Counted from the first letter of the stretch, positions 21,431-32,755 are shown. The stretch is 64,000 nucleotides of DNA from Calditrichales bacterium (GCA_965267575.1 OZ254086.1:2656001-2720000); one strand, 5' to 3'. Notes: generated from the letters alone by a model not told the origin. Program-made: numbers and translations.

Positions 21431-21562
21431 TGTTTCTTTATTTAAGAATAATTTTATACTTCATTTTTCCCTGCCGCAATTCTCCATTCGGGGATGATTT
21501 TTTATTTTTAATGCCGTACATTTCACGCCTTATAATAACCAATCAAAATTAAGGAAAATAGA

Positions 21563-23599
21563 ATGTCGTTAACCCGCGATATGGATAAGGCGAAAAACGA
21601 AAAAGAGCTGGCCGTACTGGCCTCCAATACGATCCGTTTGCTGGCGGCCGATGCCGTTCAAAAGGCTAATTCCGGGCACCCCGGCCTGCCCATGGGCCTG
21701 GCCGATTGCGCCTACGTGCTGTGGACCAAATTCCTGAAATTTAATCCCGCTGAACCCAACTGGCCCAACCGCGATCGCTTTGTGCTCTCGGCCGGGCATG
21801 GCTCGATGCTTTTGTACAGCATGCTTTACCTGTGCGGTTACGACGTGACCATGGATGACCTGAAAAATTTCCGCCAATGGGAGGGGCGTACACCGGGACA
21901 CCCCGAGGTGCATTGCCTGCCGGGCGTTGAGACGACCACCGGACCGTTGGGGCAGGGCTTTGCCAACGCCGTGGGTATGGCCATCGCCGCAAAGATGACG
22001 GCGGCGCGCTTTAACGATAGCAAACAGCAGGTGCTTGGAGCGCATCGCGTATTCGGTTTTTGCAGTGACGGCGATATGATGGAAGGCGTTGCTTCGGAGT
22101 CGGCGTCGCTGGCCGGGCACCTGGCGCTGGACAACCTCATTTTCCTGTATGACGACAATAAAATCACCATTGCCGGTGAAACGGACCTGGCCTTTTCCGA
22201 GAACGTGGCCGCCCGTTTTGAAGCTTACGGCTGGCACACGCTGCACACCGATGGTCATGATCATGATCAGATTGAAGAGGCTTTCAATAAGGCGATTGCT
22301 TTAAAGGGTAAGCCGGTCTTGATCGTGGCCAAAACGCATATCGGTCAGGGCAGCCCCAACAAGCACGATACGGCCGGTGTACACGGCTCACCCCTCGGCG
22401 ACGACGAGCTGAAGCTGACCAAAAAGAACCTGGGCTTTGACCCGGAAGTGGGCTTTCACGTGCCGGATGAGGTGCAGGCGATTTTTGATAAGCGTGTTGC
22501 AGAGCTCAAAAAAGAGTATCAGGATTGGGAAAACGCCTTTTCCGCCTGGAAGAAGGACGACCCCGAAAAGGCAAAACTGCACGCATCTATGATGGAGCGC
22601 CAGTTGCCGGACAATCTTGAGCAGGAACTGCTTGACGCGGCACCGGAAAAAGAGACGGCCACGCGCGGACTCTCCGGAAAAGTGATGCAGAAAATCGCCG
22701 AACTGCTGCCCGGTTTCGTGGGCGGTTCCGCCGACCTGGAACCTTCAACAAAGACGTATCTCGAAAAATACGAACCGATAAAAGCGGGCGCCTACTCTGG
22801 ACGCAATCTGCATTTTGGCATCCGTGAGCACGCCATGGCCGCAATCTGCAACGGCATCAGTCTTTACGGTGGCTACATTCCCTTTGGCAGCACCTTCCTG
22901 GTCTTTAGCGATTACATGCGTCCTTCCATGCGCCTGGCCGCGTTGATGGAGGCACAGAATGTTTTTGTCTTCACGCACGACAGCATTTTTGTTGGCGAAG
23001 ACGGGCCCACGCACCAGCCGATCGAGCATTTGGCGGCGTTGCGGGCTATCCCCAACCTGCAGGTGATGCGGCCCGCGGACGCCGTGGAAACGGCTATGTG
23101 CTGGGCGATGGCTTTGCGCAAAAAAGATGGTCCCAGCGCCTTGCTGCTTACCCGCCAGAATGTGCCCGTCATTGAACGAGGCGCATCGTTCGCTGCCGAG
23201 CAGGTGAAAAAGGGGGCCTACGTGGTTTGTGATGATGCCGGCGGCAAACCGGAAATCGTCCTGATGGCCAGCGGCTCCGAGCTGCACTTTGCCGTTGATG
23301 CCGCAACGCTTCTCCGTGAAAAGGGTCATGCCGTGCGCGTTGTTTCCGTGCCCTGCAAAGAGCTGTTCGAGCAGCAGCCGGAGAGCTATCGCCGGGCGGT
23401 GATTCCCGCCTCGGTGAAAAATATTTTTGCGGTGGAAGCCGGTGTCAGTTTTGGCTGGAGCCATTATTTCGGCGTGCCGGTTCACGTTTTGGGTATGGAG
23501 CGTTTTGGCGCCTCAGCCCCGTATGAAGTGCTGGAAGAGAAATTCGGTTTCAATGGCGGACAGATTGCCTCCAGCGTGGAGAAATCAATTAAGAGCTAA
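21563..23599 (+). CDS. tkt: Transketolase
   Basis: SGHPGLPMG, RDRFVLSAGHGS, TTGPLGQG, FGIREHAM, THDS..VGEDGPTHQP. Confidence 0.97.
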   Translation: MSLTRDMDKAKNEKELAVLASNTIRLLAADAVQKANSGHPGLPMGLADCAYVLWTKFLKFNPAEPNWPNRDRFVLSAGHGSMLLYSMLYLCGYDVTMDDLKNFRQWEGRTPGHPEVHCLPGVETTTGPLGQGFANAVGMAIAAKMTAARFNDSKQQVLGAHRVFGFCSDGDMMEGVASESASLAGHLALDNLIFLYDDNKITIAGETDLAFSENVAARFEAYGWHTLHTDGHDHDQIEEAFNKAIALKGKPVLIVAKTHIGQGSPNKHDTAGVHGSPLGDDELKLTKKNLGFDPEVGFHVPDEVQAIFDKRVAELKKEYQDWENAFSAWKKDDPEKAKLHASMMERQLPDNLEQELLDAAPEKETATRGLSGKVMQKIAELLPGFVGGSADLEPSTKTYLEKYEPIKAGAYSGRNLHFGIREHAMAAICNGISLYGGYIPFGSTFLVFSDYMRPSMRLAALMEAQNVFVFTHDSIFVGEDGPTHQPIEHLAALRAIPNLQVMRPADAVETAMCWAMALRKKDGPSALLLTRQNVPVIERGASFAAEQVKKGAYVVCDDAGGKPEIVLMASGSELHFAVDAATLLREKGHAVRVVSVPCKELFEQQPESYRRAVIPASVKNIFAVEAGVSFGWSHYFGVPVHVLGMERFGASAPYEVLEEKFGFNGGQIASSVEKSIKS

Positions 23600-23615
23600 T
23601 TTTCAGGCCATTGGC

Positions 23616-23643
23616 GTAGAGACGCAAAATCTTGCGTCTCTAC
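23616..23643. repeat. GTAG-type REP palindrome
   Basis: GTAGAGACGCAAAATCTTGCGTCTCTAC between convergent genes. Confidence 0.9.
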
Positions 23644-23665
23644 ATATAACAACACAAATATCCTG

Positions 23666-24802
23666 TTATAGCAGCGAGAGGCCGTACCCCAATAAAGCGG
23701 CCCCGAGCACAATCCACACGGCGCTTAATTTTTTAGGGCCGAATGTAAACAGGGCGCTCAGCGCGAAGATCAGCCAGGCTTTCCAGCCGGTTAATACGGC
23801 GATGCCCAGCTCCACGGTAACAGCCACCATGATGCCCAGCGCGCTGATGTTGACCGCATCGAGAAAAGCACCGGCCCAGGCTTTTTGCCTCAATTTGGGT
23901 ATGACCGGATTCAGCAGGGCCACCAGCAAAAACGAAGGCAGGAAAATACCAACGGTGGCAAGGATCGCGCCTTCTATGCCGGCAATTTGCAGACCTACAA
24001 ACGTGGCCGTGGATAAAACAGGACCCGGCGTGAATTGCCCGATGGCGATGGCATCGATAAGCTGGGCCTGTGTCAGCCAGCCCAACCCCTGCACCAGCTC
24101 CCCTTCCAGGTAAGCGATTAAGACGTAGCCGCTGCCAAACAGCACCAGCGCGATTTTGATGAACACCCAGAACAATCCCGCCAGCGTTACCTGCGTCGCC
24201 GCGGCCGCAGTGCCGCCCGGAATCAGCAAGGCCCACAACGGGAAAACGCTGCCGGTCTTGTCGCCCGTTTTCGCCATTACCCGCAGCCAGATCAACCCGG
24301 CCACGCCACCGGCCAGGATGGCGATCACCTCGTTTACCCCGGCAAAAGAGGCTGCCGCCACCAGCGTACCGATCACGCCAAGCTGCCAACCTTTCAGCGC
24401 CTTTTGGCCCAGCTTGTACACCGCGCCCAGGATGATAACGATGACCGCCGGTTTTATGCCAAACAGCAATGCGCCCACCTGCGGCACTTCCTGGTAGGCC
24501 ACGTAAAACCAGGCCAGGATGCCCGTAAGCAGGGTCGCCGGCAGGATAAAGGCCGAACCTCCCAACAGCAATCCCAAAAAGCCGCCGCGTTCCAGAGCGC
24601 AATGCATCACCATCTGGGTGGAGTTGGGACCGGGAATCAGGTTTGTCGCGCCCACCAGGTCCAGGAAATGCTGGCGCGACATCCAGCTGCGTTTATCGAT
24701 CACCTCATCCTGCAGCATGGCAATATGGGCCGCCGGCCCGCCAAAAGCGATAAAACCCAGTTTCAGGAAAAGCGCAATGATTTCGCCGAGGTGTTTAAAC
24801 AC
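23666..24802 (-). CDS. chrA: Chromate transporter (ChrA, two-domain)
   Basis: FGGPAAH, NLIPGPNS, FGSGY, GQFTPGP. Confidence 0.92.
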   Translation of the reverse strand: MFKHLGEIIALFLKLGFIAFGGPAAHIAMLQDEVIDKRSWMSRQHFLDLVGATNLIPGPNSTQMVMHCALERGGFLGLLLGGSAFILPATLLTGILAWFYVAYQEVPQVGALLFGIKPAVIVIILGAVYKLGQKALKGWQLGVIGTLVAAASFAGVNEVIAILAGGVAGLIWLRVMAKTGDKTGSVFPLWALLIPGGTAAAATQVTLAGLFWVFIKIALVLFGSGYVLIAYLEGELVQGLGWLTQAQLIDAIAIGQFTPGPVLSTATFVGLQIAGIEGAILATVGIFLPSFLLVALLNPVIPKLRQKAWAGAFLDAVNISALGIMVAVTVELGIAVLTGWKAWLIFALSALFTFGPKKLSAVWIVLGAALLGYGLSLL

Positions 24803-24914
24803 GGAAAGCTCCCTTTTTCGGTTTTATGAATGCAGGATCAACAAACATAAAAAATCTATGTTAGAAAAATGTCAGGAAGGCGTCTAATCAACGATTTTAT
24901 AATTCAGCAATTCA

Positions 24915-26687
24915 TCAATCCACTTCCAGGGTATTCATAAGAGTCATCATAAAAATAGCATCCGCGCTGCCGTCTATGGTTGGCTCGTTGGTGGAATAAT
25001 CGCCGATGTCATCGTGGTAGACAATGGGGCCGAACTGGAAAGCGGCAAATTCATCGGGTTGTGTGAGGGTGAGACCGCGCAGGCTGTTGTATATGGATTT
25101 ACGCACGGGCCCGTCCACCAGCCCGCCGGGCACCACACGCTTTGTCAGCGCCCAGACGCTGGTATGCACATCCTCGGGAAACTCACCGTCCGCGGGTAGC
25201 CCGGTAAACATCGATGTGCCCCAGGGATTGCGGCCCCACAGCCAATCCAGGTGCTGCAGCATCAGGTCGCGGTAACGCCGGTCCCCGGTCATTTTTTCGT
25301 ACAGGGCAATCTGCGTGATCAGCGCGGTGGAGAGATTGTTGGAGCACCAGATGAAGGTGGTGCCGACACCAAAAGGATTCTGCGCGGCGCGTTTGCCTAT
25401 GTTTGCAATGTTTTCGCGGTAATAGCAGGCCAGCTCTTCCTGGAACGCTTCATCCACATGCGGGTAGAGCGCGTAGTGGCCCAGGTTTGCGAAAGGGTAG
25501 AGGCGGTAATGGTCGCTGGAATCATGTTGCATCCAGGAGGTAGCGGCGATATCGCGGGCGTACTTTTTGGCGTCGCGCAGGTAGCTTTCATCGCCGGTGA
25601 GGCTGTACAGCTCGGCGGCGGCCCATTCCATGTCATCGGCCCAGGTGTCTTCGTTGTAGCGGTAGGGCGCCTTGTAGGAGTTGCCCTGCTGGTAGCCGGG
25701 GTTTTGTTTACCCAATTTATAAAGTGCGATTGCTTCGTTGCGGCATTGCAGGGTAAACAGGCTGTCGCCGGGCCATACCCGCGCGGCAATGGCCATGGCG
25801 GCGGCACACCGTCCGGCCAGGTTGGCAATGCCGGTGGCGGCACTTTTGTATTGGTTCAACCCCTGCGGGGTGCCCGTGGCAAAATAGGCGGCACGATAGC
25901 TGTTCGGGCCCCAGCCATAGTCGCTGCTGTCGCGATCCGGCCATTTCCAGCCGATGTGGTCACGGTCGTCGGCCACCTGGTGCACGAGGCTGCCGGCGGT
26001 ATGGATTTTGAACAACCATTCCAGACCCCAGCGCGCCTCATCCAAAATATCGGGCAGACCGTTGGCGCCGGGTTGTCCCAGGGCGTTAACACGATCGCTA
26101 AAAATGTGCGGGTTGTGAGCGTAGGCCAGCAGCATGCTCGCCGTGGCATTGGACGACGTGATCAGGTATTTGAGCTGGTCGCCGGCATCGTGCCAGCCGC
26201 CGCTGACTTCCACAAAAGTGGAGTCGGGCATGGGGCCGTAAAAACTGCGCCCGTCGCGCTGGTGGCACACCATATCCAGAAAGGGGTTGTATCCGCAGCG
26301 TTGCTGGCGCATAAACACAAGCATGCTGTCGGGTAAACCGGCGTAGGCGTTTGCGGCAATTGTAAACGGCTGTGATTGTACTTTTGCCTTAGGAAGCCTG
26401 ATGAGATAGCGTCCGCTTTCCTGCCAGCCTGAAAAATCCAGGCGGTAAAAATGGCGTTTGCCCCAGTTTTCGTAGCGACCGGCCAGCCCGGTTTGGCCTA
26501 TGAAAACGACCTTGTTGGTGCGGGCGTCGAGCAGTTCAAAAGGGTCTTCGATTGGCTGCGTGCTAAAGGCCAGCGCCACCTTGCTTTGCCCGGGCAGATA
26601 ACCGGCCTGGTTCAGGCGGATGTGGCTTTGGGCAGCGACGGTGACAGCTAGAAAAAAAGGAATCAAAGCGGCAATTTTTAAACGCAT
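24915..26687 (-). CDS. GH9 glycoside hydrolase with N-terminal Ig-like domain
   Basis: RLNQAGY, GGWHDAGD, GRNPWG, YSTNEPTID. Confidence 0.9.
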   Translation of the reverse strand: MRLKIAALIPFFLAVTVAAQSHIRLNQAGYLPGQSKVALAFSTQPIEDPFELLDARTNKVVFIGQTGLAGRYENWGKRHFYRLDFSGWQESGRYLIRLPKAKVQSQPFTIAANAYAGLPDSMLVFMRQQRCGYNPFLDMVCHQRDGRSFYGPMPDSTFVEVSGGWHDAGDQLKYLITSSNATASMLLAYAHNPHIFSDRVNALGQPGANGLPDILDEARWGLEWLFKIHTAGSLVHQVADDRDHIGWKWPDRDSSDYGWGPNSYRAAYFATGTPQGLNQYKSAATGIANLAGRCAAAMAIAARVWPGDSLFTLQCRNEAIALYKLGKQNPGYQQGNSYKAPYRYNEDTWADDMEWAAAELYSLTGDESYLRDAKKYARDIAATSWMQHDSSDHYRLYPFANLGHYALYPHVDEAFQEELACYYRENIANIGKRAAQNPFGVGTTFIWCSNNLSTALITQIALYEKMTGDRRYRDLMLQHLDWLWGRNPWGTSMFTGLPADGEFPEDVHTSVWALTKRVVPGGLVDGPVRKSIYNSLRGLTLTQPDEFAAFQFGPIVYHDDIGDYSTNEPTIDGSADAIFMMTLMNTLEVD

Positions 26688-26758
26688 GACTTAATCCTGG
26701 TTTTTTTGAATAGAAGAATATGAGGAAAAAAGGTGTTTTATGAAACAGAGAAAAAATT

Positions 26759-26786
26759 GTAGAGACGCAAAATCTTGCGTCTCTAC
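26759..26786. repeat. GTAG-type REP palindrome
   Basis: GTAGAGACGCAAAATCTTGCGTCTCTAC. Confidence 0.9.
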
Positions 26787-26861
26787 GGCAGATGGTCAAA
26801 TAATCGCCTGAATCTTTGACGATTATTCACCTTGCAGATTGTGCACGACATAAATGTCGCG

Positions 26862-27608
26862 CTACTTTTTGCCAAACAGCCGGTCCTTGTAGCGGCGGCT
26901 GAAATTGAGCTCGGCGCCGTTCTTCATCAGTACCACGTAATCGCCGTGTGACCACGGCTGCATCTCTTTTACGAAATTGAGGTTGATGATGTGCGAGCGG
27001 TGGATGCGCCGGAAGCTGTCGGGGTTGAGGCGCTGCTCCAGGCTGCTGAGCGTGTCGCGGGTAAGAAAGCTCTCTTTCATGGTGTGGATCTTGACGTATT
27101 TTTCTTCGGCGGAGAGATAGACGATAGCGTCGCAATCGACAAAAAAATAACGCTCGCCCTCATTGACGATCAGCCGTTGCAGAAATTCTTTCCTTTTTCC
27201 GACCTGTTGAAGCAGACTGTTTAGCAGCGCCGCCCGATCGTTTTTTTGCTGCAGGTGGTTTAAGGCCCGGTCAAAGGCTTTTCGGAAACGGGCTTCATCG
27301 AAAGGTTTGAGCAGGTAGTCCAGCGCTTGCACCTCGAACGCGTCAATGGCAAACTCGTCGTAGGCGGTGACAAAAATAACCGGCGGCATGTCGGCCACTC
27401 CCACGGCTTCAATCACCTCAAAACCGGTCATGCGTGGCATCTGGATATCGAGAAAAATGAGGTCCGGTGGCTTGCTTTTGATCTGTTCCAGCGCCTGCAG
27501 ACCGTTTTCCGCCTCAGTGATGGTATGGTCGCTGTTTTGCAGGTAGGAACGGATTTTCTTACGGGCGGCCGCTTCGTCATCCACCACCAGGATATGCAGT
27601 TTATTCAT
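26862..27608 (-). CDS. LytTR-family response regulator
   Basis: VDDE, FLDIQMP, TAYD, LLKP, FRRIHRS. Confidence 0.93.
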   Translation of the reverse strand: MNKLHILVVDDEAAARKKIRSYLQNSDHTITEAENGLQALEQIKSKPPDLIFLDIQMPRMTGFEVIEAVGVADMPPVIFVTAYDEFAIDAFEVQALDYLLKPFDEARFRKAFDRALNHLQQKNDRAALLNSLLQQVGKRKEFLQRLIVNEGERYFFVDCDAIVYLSAEEKYVKIHTMKESFLTRDTLSSLEQRLNPDSFRRIHRSHIINLNFVKEMQPWSHGDYVVLMKNGAELNFSRRYKDRLFGKK

Positions 27609-28734
27609 GCAACGCTTCCTTTTTTACGGGGCTGCGGCGAAAGGGCAGATGTAACGTCACCCGTAATCCGCCTAGCGGACTTTTTGAAAAAGCGATTTCC
27701 TGGTCGTCACCATAAAGCTGGCTCAGCCTGTCCATCGTCGCGGTAAGGCCAAAGCCGTTTTGCAGCATATTTTGGTCAGGCCGGTTCATGCCCGGGCCGT
27801 CATCATCCAGGGTGATTTTTAAGTCGCCGTTTTCACCCGCAGCGCTGATCGTGATGCACACCTTGTCAGCCTGCTCAAAACTGTACTTGATGGAATTTTC
27901 CAGCAGCGGCTGCAGAATAAATCCCGGTACGATGGCAGCGCGCGCCGCTTCCTGCACATTTTTTTCTATGATCAGATTATCGCCAAAACGGGCCTTCATG
28001 ATGGCCAGGTAATAATCGCTTATCTCCAGTTCATCCTCCAGGCTGTGTTCCTCAAAGCCTTTGCTATCCAGCGTCAGTCGCAGCAAGTCGCTCAGGTTAG
28101 CGATCATACTGTCGGCCGCCTTAGGATTTTCATACAGCGTGGATGAAATCATATTGAGCGTGTTGAACAGGAAATGGGGATTGAGCTGCATTTGCAGGGC
28201 TTTCAGGCGGGCCTGGGAAAGCTGTTGCTGCAGCCGCGCGAAGTACACCTTTTGAGCCTCACGTTCGCGGCGCGCCCGGAAGAAGGCATTCACCGCGTAA
28301 ACCGTCCAGTAGGTAAAAAACTGGTGCGTAAACTCCATCGGGAAGCGGTAGCGCATCAGGCCGTAATCGTAGCTGCCCCAGCCGGCCAGGGCGTAAATGG
28401 CGCTGCGGCTGCCCAGCATCAGCAGGGTGTGCGAGACCCCGAAAACCACGCTGCCGGCAAGGTGCAGGGGCAGGTGGCTGAGCACGTTTTCTTTTGTAAT
28501 TTGAAATTTTTCTATGAACCAGATGAGCGCCGGCAGCAGCACGAGCACGGAATAGGCGCCGGTGGTTTCCATGATGAAGTAAAACAGGTAACGGCCGCTG
28601 CCGCCCTCGGCCAGATCGAGCGTGAAAAAGCGCGTCCAGTTGAACAGTGCGATCACGGTGAAGACGGCAAAAAGGATCAGCCAGGTTTTGCCGTCCCCGG
28701 TGAATTTTTGTGGATGTTTCTGGTGTTGACTCAT
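27601..28734 (-). CDS. LytS-type membrane sensor histidine kinase
   Basis: QLNPHFLFNTLN, LQPLLENSIKY, DDGPG. Confidence 0.92.
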   Translation of the reverse strand: MSQHQKHPQKFTGDGKTWLILFAVFTVIALFNWTRFFTLDLAEGGSGRYLFYFIMETTGAYSVLVLLPALIWFIEKFQITKENVLSHLPLHLAGSVVFGVSHTLLMLGSRSAIYALAGWGSYDYGLMRYRFPMEFTHQFFTYWTVYAVNAFFRARREREAQKVYFARLQQQLSQARLKALQMQLNPHFLFNTLNMISSTLYENPKAADSMIANLSDLLRLTLDSKGFEEHSLEDELEISDYYLAIMKARFGDNLIIEKNVQEAARAAIVPGFILQPLLENSIKYSFEQADKVCITISAAGENGDLKITLDDDGPGMNRPDQNMLQNGFGLTATMDRLSQLYGDDQEIAFSKSPLGGLRVTLHLPFRRSPVKKEALHE

Positions 28735-30335
28735 TGTGCAAAACGCGACTTATTTTGTCGCGCGATCTGTAAATATATTTCCGGAAATTCGGCAATCGGG
28801 TTGCGGCAGATATACACCGGCATGCCGCTCTCCCGCGCATAGGGGTTCTCCAAAAGCCCCGCCTCACGCACATCCTTAAAATAGCGATTTACATCTTCGC
28901 TGTCATCATTAATATAGATCAGGATCAGGCTGTCGGGGGTCATGCCAAGCGTATCCGGCGCCCATATGGCAAAGCTGTCGTGAAAACTGATGGCTTCGGG
29001 CAGGCCCATTTTATTGCCATAAAAATTTACAGCCCCGGCCAGGCCATAATTCTCAGCGTAGATTACAATATGGTCTCTTTGGCTTTCGGGTATGGCAAAC
29101 CAGGCTGTTGCCACTACCTGCGTCAGTTCGCGCCAGCCGGTCATGTCGGCGTAATCCTGAGGCAGGTGGTAGACACGGCCGTCTTCCCATGTCACCAGTG
29201 ATTCGAGTCCGTAGCTCGCGGCGGCCGCAGAGTAATCTACCATTTTATCCATCTTGAGCAAAGGCAGGGCGAAGGGCAGCACCGGCAGGTTGGCCAGCAT
29301 AATAAAGGCCAGCAGCAGCGGCTTGATGAACGCTTTTTTTGCACGAAACCATCTTTCAAAGGCCACACCGCCGATGGCAAACAGGCCGCTGTAAATGCCC
29401 AGCGTGTAGTAGGCCTTGGCCTGGACCAGCGCCAGCCCGAAGATAATGATCAGCGTCGCATAGCCCAGCGCGCGCAGGCGGGTTTCACCTTTGCTGAACA
29501 GAAGGAAAAAGAGCCCGCCCAGCCACAGCGGCAGTGCGTGCAGGTTCATCAATCCCTGCATGAACATAAAGCCGCCAAAGGAGACATTGACAAACTGCGT
29601 TTCGGCCAGCTCGCTGATGTGGTGGAAGACAATCCAGTTGTGCGTGTGCTGCCAGATGATGTTGGGCAGGATGATCAGGAAACCCAGTCCCAGGCCGTAC
29701 AACGTGTAGCTTGAGAACAACAGGCGGCGCCGCGGCGTGAGCAGCAAACCGGCCACAAAAGGCAGGGCAAAAATCACCATGGAATACTTATTGAGAAAAC
29801 CCAGCCCCCAGGCTACGGCGATGTAGAGCCAATAGCGCGGCTCGTTTTGTGAGATCATTTTAACGATAAGGAAAAAGCTGAGCAGCCAGAAGAACTGGTC
29901 GTACGAAACCGGTTGCAGCAGGCTGTTGCTGCGCAAAAAAGCCACCGAAAAGAGAAAAGCCGATCCCGCGAGAAGCAGGGCCCAGGTGGAGCCGCGCAGG
30001 GTTTTGACAATCAGGCCGATTAAATAAAGAGATGCCGCTCCGGTCAGGGCCGGAAACAGGCGGTAGGCAAAAATGGATTCGCCAAAAAGCAGCGCGCTGA
30101 TTTTAGCCATGAAGGCGGTGAAGGGCGGTGTGGACCAGTAGCCAAAAGCCAGGTGGTTGGATTGGGCGATGTAAAGGTAAGCGTCGCGGTGCAGCTCATA
30201 GTTGCTGCTGGTGAGGAAGTGCGCCAGCAGCTTTAGGATAATGAGCGCCGCCAAAACCAGGTTGAAGTTGGTGAGGATTTTGCTCCGTGACGGCGCGTTT
30301 TTTGTTAAAGTTTGGTGATTAATTGTTTTGTGCAT
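28731..30335 (-). CDS. GT-C fold membrane glycosyltransferase (GT39/ArnT-like)
   Basis: Multi-TM, YELHRDAYLY...HLAFGY...PP, GFLNKY, PNIIWQ; start uncertain. Confidence 0.75.
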   Translation of the reverse strand: MHKTINHQTLTKNAPSRSKILTNFNLVLAALIILKLLAHFLTSSNYELHRDAYLYIAQSNHLAFGYWSTPPFTAFMAKISALLFGESIFAYRLFPALTGAASLYLIGLIVKTLRGSTWALLLAGSAFLFSVAFLRSNSLLQPVSYDQFFWLLSFFLIVKMISQNEPRYWLYIAVAWGLGFLNKYSMVIFALPFVAGLLLTPRRRLLFSSYTLYGLGLGFLIILPNIIWQHTHNWIVFHHISELAETQFVNVSFGGFMFMQGLMNLHALPLWLGGLFFLLFSKGETRLRALGYATLIIIFGLALVQAKAYYTLGIYSGLFAIGGVAFERWFRAKKAFIKPLLLAFIMLANLPVLPFALPLLKMDKMVDYSAAAASYGLESLVTWEDGRVYHLPQDYADMTGWRELTQVVATAWFAIPESQRDHIVIYAENYGLAGAVNFYGNKMGLPEAISFHDSFAIWAPDTLGMTPDSLILIYINDDSEDVNRYFKDVREAGLLENPYARESGMPVYICRNPIAEFPEIYLQIARQNKSRFAQ

Positions 30336-30524
30336 TTTTGCGCTCCCCTTAAAAATGTATTGCTTTATACGTCTTAAGGATAGCAAATTTTTAAAACGGC
30401 GTCAGGCAAAAGTCGCAAGCGGGATTTTGAGTAGCCTGAGCGGGGTAGTGCCTGGTCTTACGACGAATGCGATCAGCGTGGAAATTGTTTTCAAGTTGGC
30501 TTCCAAAGAGTGCATGCTAATCGG

Positions 30525-31429
30525 TTAACCCACAACTTTAGTCGTGGGGCTTTTTAGCTTCCCAGATTATAATACACCGATTCATCGGTTTTGTAACACC
30601 CCTTTTTATGCTGTACCTGACGGTACAGTTGGGTGAATTTTTTGGCGTGGTGCTACCCTTGTTTTGTCCCTTCGGGACTATTGACAAAGCTACCTGTTAC
30701 ATAATTATTGCCAGAGATGCCAACTACCATCCGTCCCGTTAGGGACAAAATATTGGTAGCTTTTGTAGTAACAATAATTTTACCCATCTGTACCGTCAGG
30801 TACAGCACAATGCGGCTGCCGGCAAATGCTCATCATAACCCCACACACACCGGCGTTTTGAAACCGATGAATCGGTTATATCACGATATAAATTGTCATC
30901 AAACCCCACGACTGAAGGCGTGGGTTAACAGGGCGGGAGCTTTAAAAACAGGGCTGACCAAAGCTTGCATGTTCTAAAGGCTACGCACCCATCTGTCCCG
31001 AAGAGACACCACAAGCCTAGCAATCCCTCGGCAAAATACCCGGTAGGAAAATCCCGCGCCTGAAGGCGTGGGTTAACAGATGAAACTTCTAAAAAAAGAG
31101 CTGTGAAAGAAATTGCATAATCTTGGGTAATGATTTTTCTGTCCCGAAGGGACAAAACAAGGGTAGAATCCGGATATTAATTTTACCCACCTGTACCGTC
31201 AGGCACAACATAGTGCAACGCCGGCACATGCATCGTGCCTTACATCTGTCCCGTCCCCCCGGTAAACGGTTCTGAGGACTGCAACAGGTAGCAAAACCAC
31301 ACGACTGAAGTCGTGGGTTAAAAAGCGGGTGGCAAATTAACGTTGTCAATAATACCGCATATGTCCCGAAGGGACACCATATGGGTAGCACAAGATGTTA
31401 ATTTAGATAATCTGTACCGTCAGGTACAG
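30525..31429. repeat. Cluster of five copies of a four-palindrome composite element
   Basis: Ordered motifs AACCCACGACT..AGTCGTGGG, ACCGATTCATCGGT, CTGTACCTGACGGTACAG, GTCCCTTCGGGAC in both orientations. Confidence 0.85.
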
Positions 31430-31491
31430 AACAGGGCCCGGGTAAGAGAGATCATGATAAAGATTAAGAAAATGAAAAGACAAATAAAAAC

Positions 31492-32502
31492 CTACTCAAA
31501 CGTCAGGCTATAAAGCACCACCAGGTAAACCAAACGCTGCACCCGCTTCAACCCGCGCTGCCCGGCACTCTCCCGCCAACTTTGGGAGACAATGGCCCGC
31601 AACGCCGGCAGCAACTCCACGATCGATCGGATTTCCGAAGCATAGCGGCCGCGCTTTTTATCCAGGAAGCGTTGCAACAGACGCAGCAGCAACGGCGCCA
31701 GCAGGTAATACCACAGCACGGTCACAATAACCGCGCGCAGCAGCATCAAAGCAATCTTCCCGCCGTAGCCTTCTGAAAAAGCACCTGTGGTGTAAGACAA
31801 AACCAAAAGTATAACCAGCACCGCAAACAGGGCTATGACCGTGGGACGGAACTTGCGCCGCTTTGCCCGTGCCGGTGCGCCGGATTCCGGCGCTGCTTGC
31901 GCGTTTATCGTTTTCGCCTGCGGCATATCGCGTATGATGGCATTTCCCAGCCGCGGTGCCTGGAAACCCACAAACAGACCCATCAGCAGGTGCGCCAGCA
32001 GGTAGCTGCCAATCAGCGTGGCGCTGAAGGCGACGTTTTCCGCGCTGAACCCCGAGATGCCGAACTGCCGCAACACAAAGGCGGCGAACTCATCCAGGGC
32101 TGTCCAGATATCGCTGCCAAACAATACGGTTAACACGATGACCTTTTGCAGCCCCGAAAGCAGCAGGGCGCTCACACCCAGCAGCAGCGCCGAAAGCCGC
32201 CTGTTTTTAAACAGACCGAAAAAGAATTCGCCCAACAGACCCTGGACACCCACGGCCACATAGGCCATCAGCGGGGTGTGAGGGCTGACCATGCCCTTGA
32301 TGGCCATAACGATCACCGTGGCTTTGAGGATGGCGCCGCGTTTTTCCGAGAACATGGCGAGGAGCGTGATCAGTACAACGGCGCTGCCGCCGACAAACAG
32401 GCCGGTCAGCGGAATACGCATGGCGTGCAGCAAACCGCCCAGGGCCGCTTCGCTCAAAGCCCACAAGGCGGTTAAACGATGGATGATGGTGCTGTTTTGC
32501 AT
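31492..32502 (-). CDS. Conserved-looking integral membrane protein, function unknown
   Basis: 336 aa multi-TM ORF with host-like codon usage (RLTALWALSEAALGGLLHA...P.TG). Confidence 0.7.
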   Translation of the reverse strand: MQNSTIIHRLTALWALSEAALGGLLHAMRIPLTGLFVGGSAVVLITLLAMFSEKRGAILKATVIVMAIKGMVSPHTPLMAYVAVGVQGLLGEFFFGLFKNRRLSALLLGVSALLLSGLQKVIVLTVLFGSDIWTALDEFAAFVLRQFGISGFSAENVAFSATLIGSYLLAHLLMGLFVGFQAPRLGNAIIRDMPQAKTINAQAAPESGAPARAKRRKFRPTVIALFAVLVILLVLSYTTGAFSEGYGGKIALMLLRAVIVTVLWYYLLAPLLLRLLQRFLDKKRGRYASEIRSIVELLPALRAIVSQSWRESAGQRGLKRVQRLVYLVVLYSLTFE

Positions 32503-32564
32503 ATAGGCAATCTATGAAACGCAGCGTTTTGTAAAAAGGATTGAATTGTACGGAGAAGGGAAAC

Positions 32565-32755
32565 GTAGAGACGCAAAATTTTGCGTCTCAAAAAACCGTA
32601 CTGTGGTGATATGTGATGTTTCTACTGATAAGAATGAAGACTCTGCCTAAGAGCCGAATATGTCGCATTCGTCGGAAATTAAATTGTACCGTACCTGACG
32701 GTACAGGTTGGTGAAATCTTGGCTGGTTGCTACCCATGTGTTATCCCTTCGGGAC
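32565..32755. repeat. Partial GTAG REP (32565-32589) and partial composite element (32691-32755)
   Basis: GTAGAGACGCAAAATTTTGCGTCTC; GTACCTGACGGTACAG...TGCTACCC...TCCCTTCGGGAC. Confidence 0.8.

Noticed and set aside
30525..31429. CRISPR array
   Set aside because: Several different palindromes in mixed orientation with irregular spacing; no constant repeat-spacer period and no cas genes.
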